Of a stretch of DNA of 64,000 nucleotides, positions 21,789-32,224 are shown piece by piece (position 1 is the first letter of the stretch; each line of letters starts with the position of its first letter). The notes below the pieces were generated by a model. The model saw only the letters and a program-made list of their open reading frames with translations. It did not search any database and was not told the DNA's origin. Source of the DNA: an uncultured delta proteobacterium. Lineage in GTDB: Bacteria > Myxococcota > B64-G9. The translations under genes and the position numbers were made by a program. Location: assembly GCA_963754925.1 (NCBI GenBank), contig CAVWHX010000004.1, positions 448,001 through 512,000 on the forward strand. Reading direction: 5' to 3'.

Positions 21789-23401
21789 CGCCCGCGTTCC
21801 TCCCGACGCTTTTTGGCTGCAGCCACGAAAGCTGAAAACAACGGATGCGGCGTAAGCGGTTTGCTCTTGAATTCCGGGTGAAATTGGCAACCGAGCATCC
21901 ACGGATGATTTGAGATCTCGGAGATCTCGACCAATTTCCCATCGGGGGAAAGTCCTGAGAATACCAACCCGTGTTTCGCCAGTACTGAGCAAAAAGCATT
22001 GTTTATTTCATAGCGGTGTCGATGCCGTTCGGATATCTCGCCTCGGCCGTAGGCTTGCAGCGCTTTTGTCCCCGCAAGCAACTTGCAGGGATAGGCTCCC
22101 AAGCGCATCGTGGCGCCCTTGTCCTGAACCATGCGTTGTTCTTCCATGAGGTCAATTACCGGCTGGCGACAGCTGCTCTCAAATTCGGTCGAGTTCGCTT
22201 CGCTGAGCCCGGCTACGTGCCGGGCGAATTCGACGACCATCAATTGCATACCCAAGCAAATGCCAAAAAACGGCACGCGTTGCTCGCGCGCATATCGAAT
22301 AGCTCTCATCTTCCCTTCGATCCCGCGCTCGCCAAAACCTCCCGGCACCAGCACCCCATCAAGTTCGGCAAGCTGCGAAGACTCTTCATCCGTCACTTCT
22401 TCGGCATTGAGGTAGCGCAGCTCGACCTTGACGCCGTTCGCCAATCCACCGTGAAGAAGCGCCTCGTGCAATGAGCGGTAAGAATCCACCAAATGGACAT
22501 ACTTCCCGACCACTCCGATATACACCGTTTGGCGCGGTTTGCGTAAGGAATCAACCACCTTGCGCCAACCATCCAACGCCGGGGCGCGCGACCAAATGTT
22601 GAGCAGCTCGGCCAGCTTCTCGTCGAGACCCTGCTCGTTGAGCAACAGCGGGACCGCGTAAATGGTATCAACGTCCGGACACTCAAATACGGTGGCTGCG
22701 CTGGTCGAACAAAACAGGGCAATCTTGTCCTTGAGCTCCTTCCCCAGGGGCTTTTCGCACCGACAGAGGATAATATCAGGCTGAATCCCGATCGCCCGAA
22801 GCTCCTTGACGCTGTGCTGGGTTGGCTTGGTCTTCATCTCGCCCACCGTATTGACATACGGCACCAGCGTCAGGTGTAGGTACAGGGTATGTTCGTGCCC
22901 CAGATCGCTGCGGAGCTGCCGAATGCTTTCGAGAAACGGCAGGCTCTCGATATCGCCGACGGTCCCACCTACCTCGGTGATCAGCAGATCGACTCCCTCG
23001 GCCGCTTTACGAATGCGCGCTTTGATTTCGTCGGTGATGTGCGGGATCACCTGAACGGTCTTGCCCAGGTAGTCACCGCGGCGTTCTTTCTGAATTACCG
23101 TATCGTATACGCTACCGGTCGTGAAGTTGTTCGCCTGGCCGACCGGCGCTGAGGTAAACCGCTCGTAGTGACCGAGATCCAGGTCGGTTTCAGCCCCGTC
23201 ATCGGTAACAAACACCTCGCCGTGCTGATAGGGACTCATGGTTCCGGGGTCGACATTGATATACGGATCCATTTTTAACATCGCGATTTTGAGACCACGG
23301 TTTTCCATCAGCGCGCCAATTGACGCCGCGGACACGCCTTTGCCGAGTCCCGATACAACGCCGCCGGTCACAAAAATAAACTTGCTGTGTTTGTTCGCCA
23401 C
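21785..23401 (-). CDS. pyrG: CTP synthase
   Basis: [43 protein letters not shown]. Confidence 0.98.
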   Translation of the reverse strand: MANKHSKFIFVTGGVVSGLGKGVSAASIGALMENRGLKIAMLKMDPYINVDPGTMSPYQHGEVFVTDDGAETDLDLGHYERFTSAPVGQANNFTTGSVYDTVIQKERRGDYLGKTVQVIPHITDEIKARIRKAAEGVDLLITEVGGTVGDIESLPFLESIRQLRSDLGHEHTLYLHLTLVPYVNTVGEMKTKPTQHSVKELRAIGIQPDIILCRCEKPLGKELKDKIALFCSTSAATVFECPDVDTIYAVPLLLNEQGLDEKLAELLNIWSRAPALDGWRKVVDSLRKPRQTVYIGVVGKYVHLVDSYRSLHEALLHGGLANGVKVELRYLNAEEVTDEESSQLAELDGVLVPGGFGERGIEGKMRAIRYAREQRVPFFGICLGMQLMVVEFARHVAGLSEANSTEFESSCRQPVIDLMEEQRMVQDKGATMRLGAYPCKLLAGTKALQAYGRGEISERHRHRYEINNAFCSVLAKHGLVFSGLSPDGKLVEISEISNHPWMLGCQFHPEFKSKPLTPHPLFSAFVAAAKKRREERGR

Positions 23402-23428
23402 GAATGGTCTCCTTCCCACGGTACGTGG

Positions 23429-24184
23429 TTAGGGCTTCTCATGAGATTCGAGGATGCTCCGTATCTGTTCCAAGTCTTCCAACGTGTTGACTCCAAAGTG
23501 CGCCCGTTCGCACACCAGAGCTCGAATGTTAATGCCTGCCTGCAGCGCTCGCAACTGTTCAAGCCCTTCGGTGCGCTCGAGCGTGCTTGGCGGGCGGGTG
23601 AAAATATCAATGAGCACCTCGCGCCGAAAGGCATAGACCCCGATATGGCCATACCAGGTATGGTGCGCACGATTAACCAGCGCCTGCCCCGGGTAAGGAA
23701 TCGGCGAACGCGAAAAGTACAATATGTTGCCGCGGTCATCAAGCACTGCTTTAACCAACGACGGATCATCAAGGCGGGCGGTATCGGAAAGCGGCGCGAC
23801 CATAGTCGCCATCTGCACGTTGGAATCCGAAAAGAGAGCGGGTAGCTTGGCCAACGCCGCGGGGTCAATCAGGACTTCGTCTCCCTGCAGGTTGACAACC
23901 ACGGGCGCGGTCAAGCCCGCCGCGACCTCGGCCACTCGTTCTGATCCGCAGCGGTGGCTGCTCGCGGTAAGCACGACCGGCGCATTGAAACCGCGGGCGG
24001 CACGAGCGATGCGTTCGTCGTCGGTCGCGAGGAGCGGTATAGGGCCCAATTTCGCCTGACACGCGCGTTCCCACACATGCTGCAGGATCGGCTTACCGGC
24101 AACCGTCAGCAATGGCTTTCCGGGTAATCGGGTTAAGTCGAAACGGGCGGGAATGACAATTTGAGAGAGCACCCTTGAGTTCAT
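23429..24184 (-). CDS. kdsB: CMP-KDO synthetase
   Basis: IPAR..TRLPGKPL, NLQGDE, YFSRSPIP, HIGVYAF, EGLEQLR. Confidence 0.95.
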   Translation of the reverse strand: MNSRVLSQIVIPARFDLTRLPGKPLLTVAGKPILQHVWERACQAKLGPIPLLATDDERIARAARGFNAPVVLTASSHRCGSERVAEVAAGLTAPVVVNLQGDEVLIDPAALAKLPALFSDSNVQMATMVAPLSDTARLDDPSLVKAVLDDRGNILYFSRSPIPYPGQALVNRAHHTWYGHIGVYAFRREVLIDIFTRPPSTLERTEGLEQLRALQAGINIRALVCERAHFGVNTLEDLEQIRSILESHEKP

Positions 24185-24297
24185 ATCGTGGGTACCCTGG
24201 ATGTCAACCTTTTTTTGTTTGGGGTGCTATCGAGCTCTCAGCAGGCTGGGATAACGTTACCGCCCGCATCAAAAAGTTGTTTAAGGGATTAACCCTA

Positions 24298-25647
24298 TTA
24301 CCCCCCGATATACATCTTGAGGCCAAATACCCCTCCCAGGACGATGGCGAGCGCGTACATCGCCACCTTGACCTCCCGGCCCCGACCAGAAAGCAGTTTG
24401 AGAAGAGGATACGAGACGAAACCCATCGCCAATCCATCGGCGATTGAGTACGTAAAAGGAATCCCCAGTATTACCAAAAATGCCGGCAGCGCCTCGGACG
24501 GCTCGTCCCAGGGAATGTCGCGCACCCCGCGCACCATCAGAGAACCCACCACAATCATTACCGGCGCCGTGACCGGCCGAAGAAAGACGCCCGGGCCGAC
24601 TTCCAACCCACCGCCAACCATCTGCACCAAGGGAAAGAAAAAGAGCGCCATTAGAAACAGGACGCCGGTGAAGACAGAAGCAAGCCCGGTTCGCGCCCCG
24701 GCCGCCACCCCAGCCGCGCTTTCGATGTACGAGCTCACCGTCGAGGTCCCCAACAAGGCACCGGCCGTGGTGCCGACGGCATCGGAGAAGAGCGCCCTCC
24801 CCGCGCGCTCGAGCTTTCCATCGTTCATCAAACCGGCCTGCTGCCCAACCCCGACCAAGGTGCCAAGGGTATCGAACAACACCATGAATAAAAAGATTAC
24901 CACGACCGGCAGCATGGCCACCTGAAACAGGCCCGCAAGATCCATTTTCAAGAGCACCGGCGTAAGCGACGGCGGCAGACTGAATAGTCCGTGGTAGGAA
25001 ACCAAACCAAACGGCAGGCCCGCTATGGCCGTCACCAGTAATCCGAAAAGAATGGCCCCCCGCATCCGCATCGTTATCAGCACCGCGGTAACCAGCAAAC
25101 CAAACAGCGTGAGCAGCGCCGGCCCGGAAGACAACGTGCCGAGCGCCACCATGGATCCCGTAGCCGCCACCACTAACCCGCCCTGCTGGAGACCGATAAA
25201 AGCAATAAAGAGGCCGATCCCCACCGGTATGGCCAATTTCAATGATAGCGGCAAGGATTCGATGATTAACTCGCGCAATCTCACGGCAGAGAGAAGTAAA
25301 AACAAAACACCGGAAACAAACACCGCCGCCAACGCGATCTGCCAGGGGACCTTCGTGCCGGTCACGACCCCCATGCAAACGGTAACAAAAAAGAAATTCT
25401 CCCCCATGCACGGGGCGAGCGCCACCGGATAGTTGGCGCCAAAGGCCATGATAAAGGTTGCCAGGGCGGAAGACAGACAGGTTGCCACCATCACCGCCCC
25501 AAAATCCATGCCGACCGCCGAAAGCACTCCCGGCTGGACAAAGATAATGTACGACATGGTCAGAAAGGTCACTAACCCACCCCGCGCCTCGGCGAGTACG
25601 GTGGTTTTATGGACCGATAACTGAAACATACGCTCAAGCCAAGCCAT
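24298..25647 (-). CDS. NCS2 (AzgA/PbuG-like) nucleobase permease
   Basis: TFLTMSYIIFVQP, APCMGENFFF, FDTLGT, YIESAAGVAAGARTG, PFTYSIADG. Confidence 0.93.
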   Translation of the reverse strand: MAWLERMFQLSVHKTTVLAEARGGLVTFLTMSYIIFVQPGVLSAVGMDFGAVMVATCLSSALATFIMAFGANYPVALAPCMGENFFFVTVCMGVVTGTKVPWQIALAAVFVSGVLFLLLSAVRLRELIIESLPLSLKLAIPVGIGLFIAFIGLQQGGLVVAATGSMVALGTLSSGPALLTLFGLLVTAVLITMRMRGAILFGLLVTAIAGLPFGLVSYHGLFSLPPSLTPVLLKMDLAGLFQVAMLPVVVIFLFMVLFDTLGTLVGVGQQAGLMNDGKLERAGRALFSDAVGTTAGALLGTSTVSSYIESAAGVAAGARTGLASVFTGVLFLMALFFFPLVQMVGGGLEVGPGVFLRPVTAPVMIVVGSLMVRGVRDIPWDEPSEALPAFLVILGIPFTYSIADGLAMGFVSYPLLKLLSGRGREVKVAMYALAIVLGGVFGLKMYIGG

Positions 25648-25943
25648 GACCCTGCCTCCTTCGTCTTCCAATCGCCATTACCGTACCCGCACGCGAGATG
25701 CTAACAGAACCATTCAGTGGCTAGCAAGAGAGCTGTTCGTATAGTGCATCAGTTAGCCCAAGGGCTTAGGGGTGTTCGTCAGGCAGCAGGTAATTGATGC
25801 ACCACTGCTCTTCATCAACCGCGAGACGACTCTCTTTTATTTAGGATTTATGCTTGTTGGCAGTATATACTATTGAAAGAATATGTTAATTGGTGCGGCT
25901 TTTCCACGTGTTTCAAAATGATAGTGATTGCCAAGGGATTCAA

Positions 25944-26675
25944 ATGGCTCGTCAGAGAGCGTCGAAGGGCCCCAAAAAGGCTTCACGAAAAATGAAGTTT
26001 ATAAAAGCGGTTTGCAGCTTTCCCGACGGGGACTCGCGCCGTTTGTTGGTAACCGGCCTCTCCCTCGGAGGAGCGTTTGTCCTTTCCCTGAGGCCGCCCC
26101 CCTTCGGAACCAGTCTTTCTATGACCATATATCCCGGCCAAATGCCGTTGCCGCCAATTGACTCTCGGGTGATCGGTCTGCGCATCGATCCGGTCAACAT
26201 CGACCGGTGCGGGTTTGAGGTCGTTTTTACCCGCCTCAGCGATACGGTTCTCTCCCAACTTTCCACGCTCATCAAACAACTCGAGCAGAAAACCGCGCGA
26301 CCAAATCGAGAGCGGCTCTGTCCGCAGCCAAACCCAAGGCAACATCCACGAGTCGCGATGCAGCTCGAAGCGGCGATACATCTTCCGCAAGAAGAATGTC
26401 CGGCCACGGTCGTGGACCTGAGCATCGCCGGGGCGTTGCTGCGACTCGAACAAAAGACAACACGTTTTAATCAAGGAGACGAGCTGCAGGTCAGTATCAT
26501 AGCACCCAACACCCCGGAGCACCTGTTGCTAAGAGCTCGCGTGGTTCGCATGGTTGCGGGAAGCGAACCACCAGAGGTAGGCGTGGTTTTTACCGACATC
26601 AACGAAATGGTTCAGCGGAGGCTCGAGGGTCTGATCCTCGAGGCATTGACCGACGAGTATGAATTGCCGCCCTGA
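25944..26675 (+). CDS. Tandem PilZ-domain protein
   Basis: Second domain has RQHPR and DLSIAG. First domain has LSLGGAF with a degenerate RxxxR. Confidence 0.8.
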   Translation: MARQRASKGPKKASRKMKFIKAVCSFPDGDSRRLLVTGLSLGGAFVLSLRPPPFGTSLSMTIYPGQMPLPPIDSRVIGLRIDPVNIDRCGFEVVFTRLSDTVLSQLSTLIKQLEQKTARPNRERLCPQPNPRQHPRVAMQLEAAIHLPQEECPATVVDLSIAGALLRLEQKTTRFNQGDELQVSIIAPNTPEHLLLRARVVRMVAGSEPPEVGVVFTDINEMVQRRLEGLILEALTDEYELPP

Positions 26676-26733
26676 ATATTCAATGTCGGTCGACGACATT
26701 TGACCTCCCTGACAGTCATTGGGTAACGTCTAG

Positions 26734-26789
26734 CCCCTAATAAAGGACCAAACCTTGTAAGCCTCGCTTTGCTCGGCTACAATCTCTAG
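26734..26789. repeat. Degenerate family A repeat
   Basis: CCCCTAA...TTGTAAGCCTCGCTTTGCTCGGCTACAATCTCTAG has the same hairpin layout and end sequence. Confidence 0.5.
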
Positions 26790-26834
26790 CCGTGCGAACC
26801 AAAAAACCCTTTAACAGGAACGGTTAGAAAAAGC

Positions 26835-27884
26835 ATGCAGCTGGTTGAATGCGTCCCGAATTTTTCCGAAGGTCGCGATCGAGCCGTCATCGACGAAATC
26901 GCCGCCGGTATCAATTCGGCCGCGGGGGTCGACCTCCTTGACGTATCCGCGGGGGCTGATGCAAACCGCACTGTGATCACGTTTGTCGGCTCCCCCGATG
27001 CGGTGCTCGATGGCGCCTTTCGCGGAATTGCCAAAGCCGCCGCGCGTATCGACATGACCAAACACCATGGCGCGCATGCCCGCCTTGGCGCCAGCGATGT
27101 TTGCCCGTTTGTTCCGCTTCAGGATATCAGCATGGACGAGTGTGTGGATCTGGCGAGGCGCCTGGGCCGGCGGGTCGCCGATGAGCTGAGCATTCCGGTC
27201 TACTTGTATGAAAACGCGGCCAGTAATCCCGAACGACGCAACCTGGCCACGCTGCGCGCGGGCGAATACGAAGGCCTACGCAAAAAACTCACGGATCCCC
27301 GTTGGCAACCAGATTTTGGTGAAGCACAATTCAATGCCAAAAGCGGCGCAACGGCCATTGGCGCACGCGACCTGCTCATCGCAATCAACTTTGATCTCGA
27401 TACCCACGATTGCGCCCTTGCGCACGATATCGCCTGTCAGATCCGCGAGTCTGGATGCCTGATGAAAGACAACTGCGGCGCAATCGTTAGAGATGATCGG
27501 TGCCAGCCGGTTAGGCAATTCGGTACGTTCAAATTTGTCAAGGCGATCGGCTGGTATATGGAATGTTTTGAGCACACCCAGGTATCGGTGAATCTAACCA
27601 ACTACCGCGCCACCCCCCTATCAGCGGTGTTCGACGAGGTTTGTCGTTTAGCCGAGGAGCGCGGGGCGCGTTGCATCGGCAGCGAGCTGATTGGGTTAAT
27701 CCCGCGCGAGTCGCTCCTGGAAGCCGGACGCCACTTCCGGCATAAGGCCGGAAAAACCGCCCCGGTTGCAGAACCGGAACTGATCCGCAGCGCCGTTTCG
27801 GGCCTGTTGCTTGACGCGCTTCATCCCTTTAGCCCCGACAAAAAGATCATCGAATATTGCATCCAGTGCGTGCGGGAAGTATGA
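26835..27884 (+). CDS. ftcD: Glutamate formimidoyltransferase (no cyclodeaminase domain)
   Basis: LVECVPNFSEGRD, NRTVIT, HARLGASDVCPFVP, SELIGLIP. Confidence 0.92.
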   Translation: MQLVECVPNFSEGRDRAVIDEIAAGINSAAGVDLLDVSAGADANRTVITFVGSPDAVLDGAFRGIAKAAARIDMTKHHGAHARLGASDVCPFVPLQDISMDECVDLARRLGRRVADELSIPVYLYENAASNPERRNLATLRAGEYEGLRKKLTDPRWQPDFGEAQFNAKSGATAIGARDLLIAINFDLDTHDCALAHDIACQIRESGCLMKDNCGAIVRDDRCQPVRQFGTFKFVKAIGWYMECFEHTQVSVNLTNYRATPLSAVFDEVCRLAEERGARCIGSELIGLIPRESLLEAGRHFRHKAGKTAPVAEPELIRSAVSGLLLDALHPFSPDKKIIEYCIQCVREV

Positions 27885-27972
27885 GAAAATCTTGTTTATA
27901 ACTCAGGCCCGACAGCACAGGGGCCGTTGAGAGGTATCGTAGGGTAGAAGCTTTTTCTGAAAGGAGGACACT

Positions 27973-28611
27973 ATGAGAATAGGAATCCTTGGCTCGGGTG
28001 ATGTGGCGAAGGCTCTCGCCATTGGTTTTCTCAAACACGGTCACGAGGTAACACTCGGCACGCGCACGATAGCCAAGCTTGCGGACTGGGCGAAAACGAA
28101 TCCCCGGGGCCGCGTCGCCAGTTTTACTGACACCGCGCGATTTGGCGAGGTGGTCGTTTTAGCAGTCAAAGGCACCGCGGCGATGGACGCGCTACAGGCC
28201 GCAGGCCATACGAACCTCTCAGGCAAACTCGTTATCGATACGACCAATCCCATCGCAGATGCCCCGCCCACAAACGGCGTTTTGAAGTTTTTCACCACGC
28301 TCGACGAGTCGCTCATGGAACGTCTGCAGAAAGGGTTTCGCAACGTTCGTTTCGTAAAAGCTTTCAATTCCGTAGGCAATGCATGCATGGTCAATCCCAA
28401 ATTTACGGGCGGCAAACCAACGATGTTCATCTGCGGCAATGACGAGGCGGCGAAGAAGATCGTCACCGAAATCCTCGATCAGTTCGGCTGGGAAACTGCG
28501 GACATGGGTACCGCGGAAGCGGCGCGCGCTATCGAGCCACTGTGTATGCTCTGGTGTATCCCTGGTTTTTTGCGCAATGATTGGGTTCACGCGTTTAAGC
28601 TGCTAACGTAG
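27973..28611 (+). CDS. NADP-dependent oxidoreductase (F420:NADP oxidoreductase-like)
   Basis: GSGDVA Rossmann start, IDTTNP, VKAFN, ARAIEP. Confidence 0.85.
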   Translation: MRIGILGSGDVAKALAIGFLKHGHEVTLGTRTIAKLADWAKTNPRGRVASFTDTARFGEVVVLAVKGTAAMDALQAAGHTNLSGKLVIDTTNPIADAPPTNGVLKFFTTLDESLMERLQKGFRNVRFVKAFNSVGNACMVNPKFTGGKPTMFICGNDEAAKKIVTEILDQFGWETADMGTAEAARAIEPLCMLWCIPGFLRNDWVHAFKLLT

Positions 28612-28664
28612 ATAGATAGAACGGACTCGATGACCGCGGGGTTCCACCAACAAGGGGTTCGAGA

Positions 28665-28955
28665 TCAATTTTTTACAAACCGGGCCGCGATCTCAAAGGG
28701 CGCCTTATCGCTGGTCACCCGCACCACCTGAACGCGCGCTTTCAGCGGGGGGAACACGTGGGTAAATGATCTATGGGTGCTGGTCTCGACCTCGATCTCG
28801 AGGAACTGACCGGGCTCGTAACGAACCGAAGCGGTAAACAGTATACCGCCACCGCTGATATTTTTACTGGTGGCCTGGCGGACGTTGCCGCCAGCGATTG
28901 GGCGAATGGTAACTTCGGCCTCAGCGGGCAGGCGCTTGAAGCTTCTCCGTTCCAT
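28665..28955 (-). CDS. Single PilZ-domain protein
   Basis: RRSFKR and NISGGG c-di-GMP-binding motifs. Confidence 0.85.
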   Translation of the reverse strand: MERRSFKRLPAEAEVTIRPIAGGNVRQATSKNISGGGILFTASVRYEPGQFLEIEVETSTHRSFTHVFPPLKARVQVVRVTSDKAPFEIAARFVKN

Positions 28956-29139
28956 ACTGCTTCCATCCCCTTTCAGCCGATACCACGAAAAGACGCTATC
29001 GCTTGAACTCATGTCTGTCAACTTACCGGCTCGACCGGCGCAGCCATCGAGCCGCTGTCATCAAAGAATTGATTCGAGCAGAGAAAATATTATATGGTAG
29101 CTTCGAAATAAGCGACATATTACATTGGTTAAGATAAAT

Positions 29140-30033
29140 ATGGTTGAGCACGAAAAAGAACTTGAAGTCCGAAAGAAAGCCGGGAAGCTGGTCCACCTGG
29201 ACCCGCTGCAGCGTTATCTCAGCGACATCGGCAAGTTCAATCTTCTCACCCCGGACGAAGAGCACCGCTTGGGGGTCGAATTCCAAAAGACCGGCGATCC
29301 GCGTCTCGCCTACCAATTGGTTACCGGAAACTTACGCTTGGTGGTGAAGATCGCCCTTGAGCACCGCAGCTATTATCAGAATCTGCTCGATCTGATTCAG
29401 GAGGGCAATATCGGGTTGATGCAAGCGGTCAAGCGGTTTGATCCCTACCGGGGTGTCCGGCTGCCAACCTATGCACAATGGTGGATCCGCGCCTATATTC
29501 TCAAATTCATTCTCGAGAACTTCAGCTTAATCAAAATCGGCACCACCCAGGTGCAGCGCAAGCTGTTCTTTCGGCTCAAGAAGGAACAAGCGCAACTCCA
29601 ACTTGAGGGGTATGCCCCGGAGAGCCGACTTATCGCCGAGCGCATCGACGTCCCCGAAAAGGACGTCATCGAGATGGAAAAGCGCCTCGGCGGGCCCGAA
29701 ACCTCGCTCGACGCCGCGAATCCATCGACCGGCCGGACCTTGTTTGAGACATTGCCTGGGCTCGAGAGTAACCCCGAGGAAGTCTTCGCCAGCGAAGAAT
29801 TACGCGATCGCGTACATCGGGCGATGGAATCGTTTCGGGCCACCCTCACGAAGCGCGAGCAGGCCATCTGGGATGGTCGCATCGCTATCGACCAACCACT
29901 GACCTTCCAGGATATCGGCGATCGTCATGGCATCACCCGGCAGCGGGTTCAGCAACTCGAACAGCGCCTGAAGGATCGCTTCCGCGAATTTCTTAAAGAC
30001 ACCCTTCCCGAGGGTAAGGAACAAATCCTATAA
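29140..30033 (+). CDS. RpoH/sigma-32 family sigma factor
   Basis: NLRLVVKIA, DLIQEGNIGLM, WWIRA and RpoH box QRKLFFRL. Confidence 0.9.
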   Translation: MVEHEKELEVRKKAGKLVHLDPLQRYLSDIGKFNLLTPDEEHRLGVEFQKTGDPRLAYQLVTGNLRLVVKIALEHRSYYQNLLDLIQEGNIGLMQAVKRFDPYRGVRLPTYAQWWIRAYILKFILENFSLIKIGTTQVQRKLFFRLKKEQAQLQLEGYAPESRLIAERIDVPEKDVIEMEKRLGGPETSLDAANPSTGRTLFETLPGLESNPEEVFASEELRDRVHRAMESFRATLTKREQAIWDGRIAIDQPLTFQDIGDRHGITRQRVQQLEQRLKDRFREFLKDTLPEGKEQIL

Positions 30034-30699
30034 ACTCAGCACCACCAACGCGTTGACGGCTACCGGGCGACTGCCGTCGATCAGGATTGGGTTGATGTCA
30101 ACCTCCATCACGTTCGGTTCCTGGAGGCCCAGCTGCCCGAGTTTGATCAGCAGATCGCAGAGCGCACTGCGATCCACGGCGGGTTTTCCTCGAAATGCGC
30201 GAAGCAACGCGGCGCTTGTTATCTCGTCAAGCATTTCGTTGGCGTCGATGGCGGACAGCGGCGCAACCCGAAACGTAACGTCTTTGAGAACCTCGGTGAA
30301 AATACCCCCGAGCCCAAACATAACGCAGGGACCGAACTGCCCATCGCGGTTCAAACCGGCGACGAACTCGCGCTCGGACTTAATCATGCGCTGGACCAAC
30401 ACCGCTTCAAGCCTATCGCCTGCGTTACGACGAATGTCCTCGTAGGCGCGCGTTACCTCTTGGTCGTCACGGAGATTCAGGCGCACCACATCGCTTTCGG
30501 TCTTATGGGCAAGGGCACGACCGGTGCCCTTGAGCACCACCGGGAACCGAAGCTCGGCCGCAGCCGCCAGTGCCGTGGGTATATCCGTTACCCGCCGGCT
30601 TTCCACGAGCGGCAATCCGTATTGAGCCAGCACCTTGCGAGAATCGTCCTCAGAAAGGGTTTTGATTCCTTGTGCTCGTGCATCTTCGATTACGCTCAT
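30028..30699 (-). CDS. Stand-alone ATP-grasp subunit of an NDP-forming acyl-CoA synthetase
   Basis: FPVVLK, HKTE, FGPCVMFGLGGIFTEVLKD, DINP. Confidence 0.88.
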   Translation of the reverse strand: MSVIEDARAQGIKTLSEDDSRKVLAQYGLPLVESRRVTDIPTALAAAAELRFPVVLKGTGRALAHKTESDVVRLNLRDDQEVTRAYEDIRRNAGDRLEAVLVQRMIKSEREFVAGLNRDGQFGPCVMFGLGGIFTEVLKDVTFRVAPLSAIDANEMLDEITSAALLRAFRGKPAVDRSALCDLLIKLGQLGLQEPNVMEVDINPILIDGSRPVAVNALVVLSL

Positions 30700-30750
30700 C
30701 GTTGCGCCTCCTTGGGTATTCTGATACCTACCTCGCGTATCGTTACCTGG

Positions 30751-32103
30751 TCAATCACTATCCGAGCTTCCCGACCGCGGCACCGGCTGGGGAATCTCGA
30801 GAACAAAGCGCGCGAAACGACCCGGCTCCGACTCAGCCCGTATACGACCACCATGGAGCTGCGCTATCTGCCAGCACATATACAGGCCAATCCCGGTGCC
30901 CTGACGCTTCCACAGCTCGGGGTTTTTCAGACGCGAGAAACGTTTGAAGAGAAGCAGTTTATCCGTGTCGCTAAATCCGGGGCCTTCGTTGTAAACCGCG
31001 ATCCGAAGTCCTTCCGTGGCATGCTCGGCGCTAACCTCGATACGCCCGGCCTCATTGCCATACTTGACGGCGTTGCTCAGGAGGTTGGCGAGAACTATTT
31101 GCAGCAGGGACGGATCGCATTCGCAGCTTTCAAGGTTTTCACCCTCGACCCGCGTCAACGTCATGCGCCGTTCCTGCAATTGGGGTTGAATGGCTTCGAC
31201 CACCGGATCGATAACCGCACGGCGGAAGTCGACTGGGCTTTTGAGATCGATCGTCAGTTCGCCGCCCTCCAATCGCGCGAGGTTGAGATAATCATTGATC
31301 AAGAGCAGTAGTCCCTCGGCCCGCGCGTTCATGCGATCGAGCGACTCGCGCTGCTCCGGGCGCACCTCTCCCCGGTAGCCGTCGATCATTAAGCGAATGG
31401 ATGAGATTATCGAGGCCAGCGGGCTGCGCAACTCATGCGTGACAAAGGTGAGCATCTCCCGGTAATTGCGGTTAGCGTTTTCGAGCTGTTCGATGCGGTA
31501 GGCTTTCTCGACCGCTTGGCTGAGTCGTTCTACCAGCGCCACGTGCAGCGCCATCTGATGATTGTCGTACGCACGGACCTGCTGAGAGGACCGAAACAAC
31601 AACCCCACGATACGCCCTTCCACGGTCAACGGGCAGGTCATTGAGGAGCGCACGCCTTCTTTGACCAGCAGCTTCGATGAATGAGAATGAGGATGCTCGT
31701 GCGCATATTTCTCCAGATTGTTGATAATGCGCGGCCGGCCCGAACGCACGACCTGCGTGAGCGACGAACCTTTCAGATCACCGGCGTAACCCGCATCCAG
31801 CAAGACCGGCTTGTACCGCGCCCTGACCCAGTGGCTCACCACCCGCCGATTATTCTCCTCAAGAAACGCGAGCGAGATACGATCGCAGGGACAAATCGAG
31901 CTGGTGGAATCGAATAAAAAATCGAGGATATCGTTGAGCGAACCGCCGGCTGCGACCTTTTGGTTAAAATGGTCGAGGATGCGCCGTTCCTCAGCGGTGA
32001 ATTGAAATGCCCGACCATCTGTGTGAGAAGAATCCAGGTAGCGTATCGAATCACTCTTATTCTGTTTCTCTACCATCGAGGCAAAGTATTCACGCTCCGG
32101 CAC
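30751..32103 (-). CDS. Cytoplasmic GAF sensor histidine kinase
   Basis: GAF (GVRSSMTCPL), HELRSPL, NLLSNAVKY, GTGIGL. Confidence 0.9.
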   Translation of the reverse strand: MPEREYFASMVEKQNKSDSIRYLDSSHTDGRAFQFTAEERRILDHFNQKVAAGGSLNDILDFLFDSTSSICPCDRISLAFLEENNRRVVSHWVRARYKPVLLDAGYAGDLKGSSLTQVVRSGRPRIINNLEKYAHEHPHSHSSKLLVKEGVRSSMTCPLTVEGRIVGLLFRSSQQVRAYDNHQMALHVALVERLSQAVEKAYRIEQLENANRNYREMLTFVTHELRSPLASIISSIRLMIDGYRGEVRPEQRESLDRMNARAEGLLLLINDYLNLARLEGGELTIDLKSPVDFRRAVIDPVVEAIQPQLQERRMTLTRVEGENLESCECDPSLLQIVLANLLSNAVKYGNEAGRIEVSAEHATEGLRIAVYNEGPGFSDTDKLLLFKRFSRLKNPELWKRQGTGIGLYMCWQIAQLHGGRIRAESEPGRFARFVLEIPQPVPRSGSSDSD

Positions 32104-32224
32104 TGCAACGCAAGTATGATATGCGCGTGCCGATTTTCGTCCCCTTCAGCTTCAAACCCTGCCTCCATTGACATAACAGCAGATTCTGGCATAAATTAAA
32201 ATCAAATCATTAAGGAGTCGCACG

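Noticed and set aside
21300..21992. Separate 230-aa ORF overlapping pyrG and kdsA
   Set aside because: It is the kdsA N-terminus read through a frameshift.
25648..25890. Purine riboswitch upstream of the NCS2 permease
   Set aside because: No conserved purine-aptamer core is visible.
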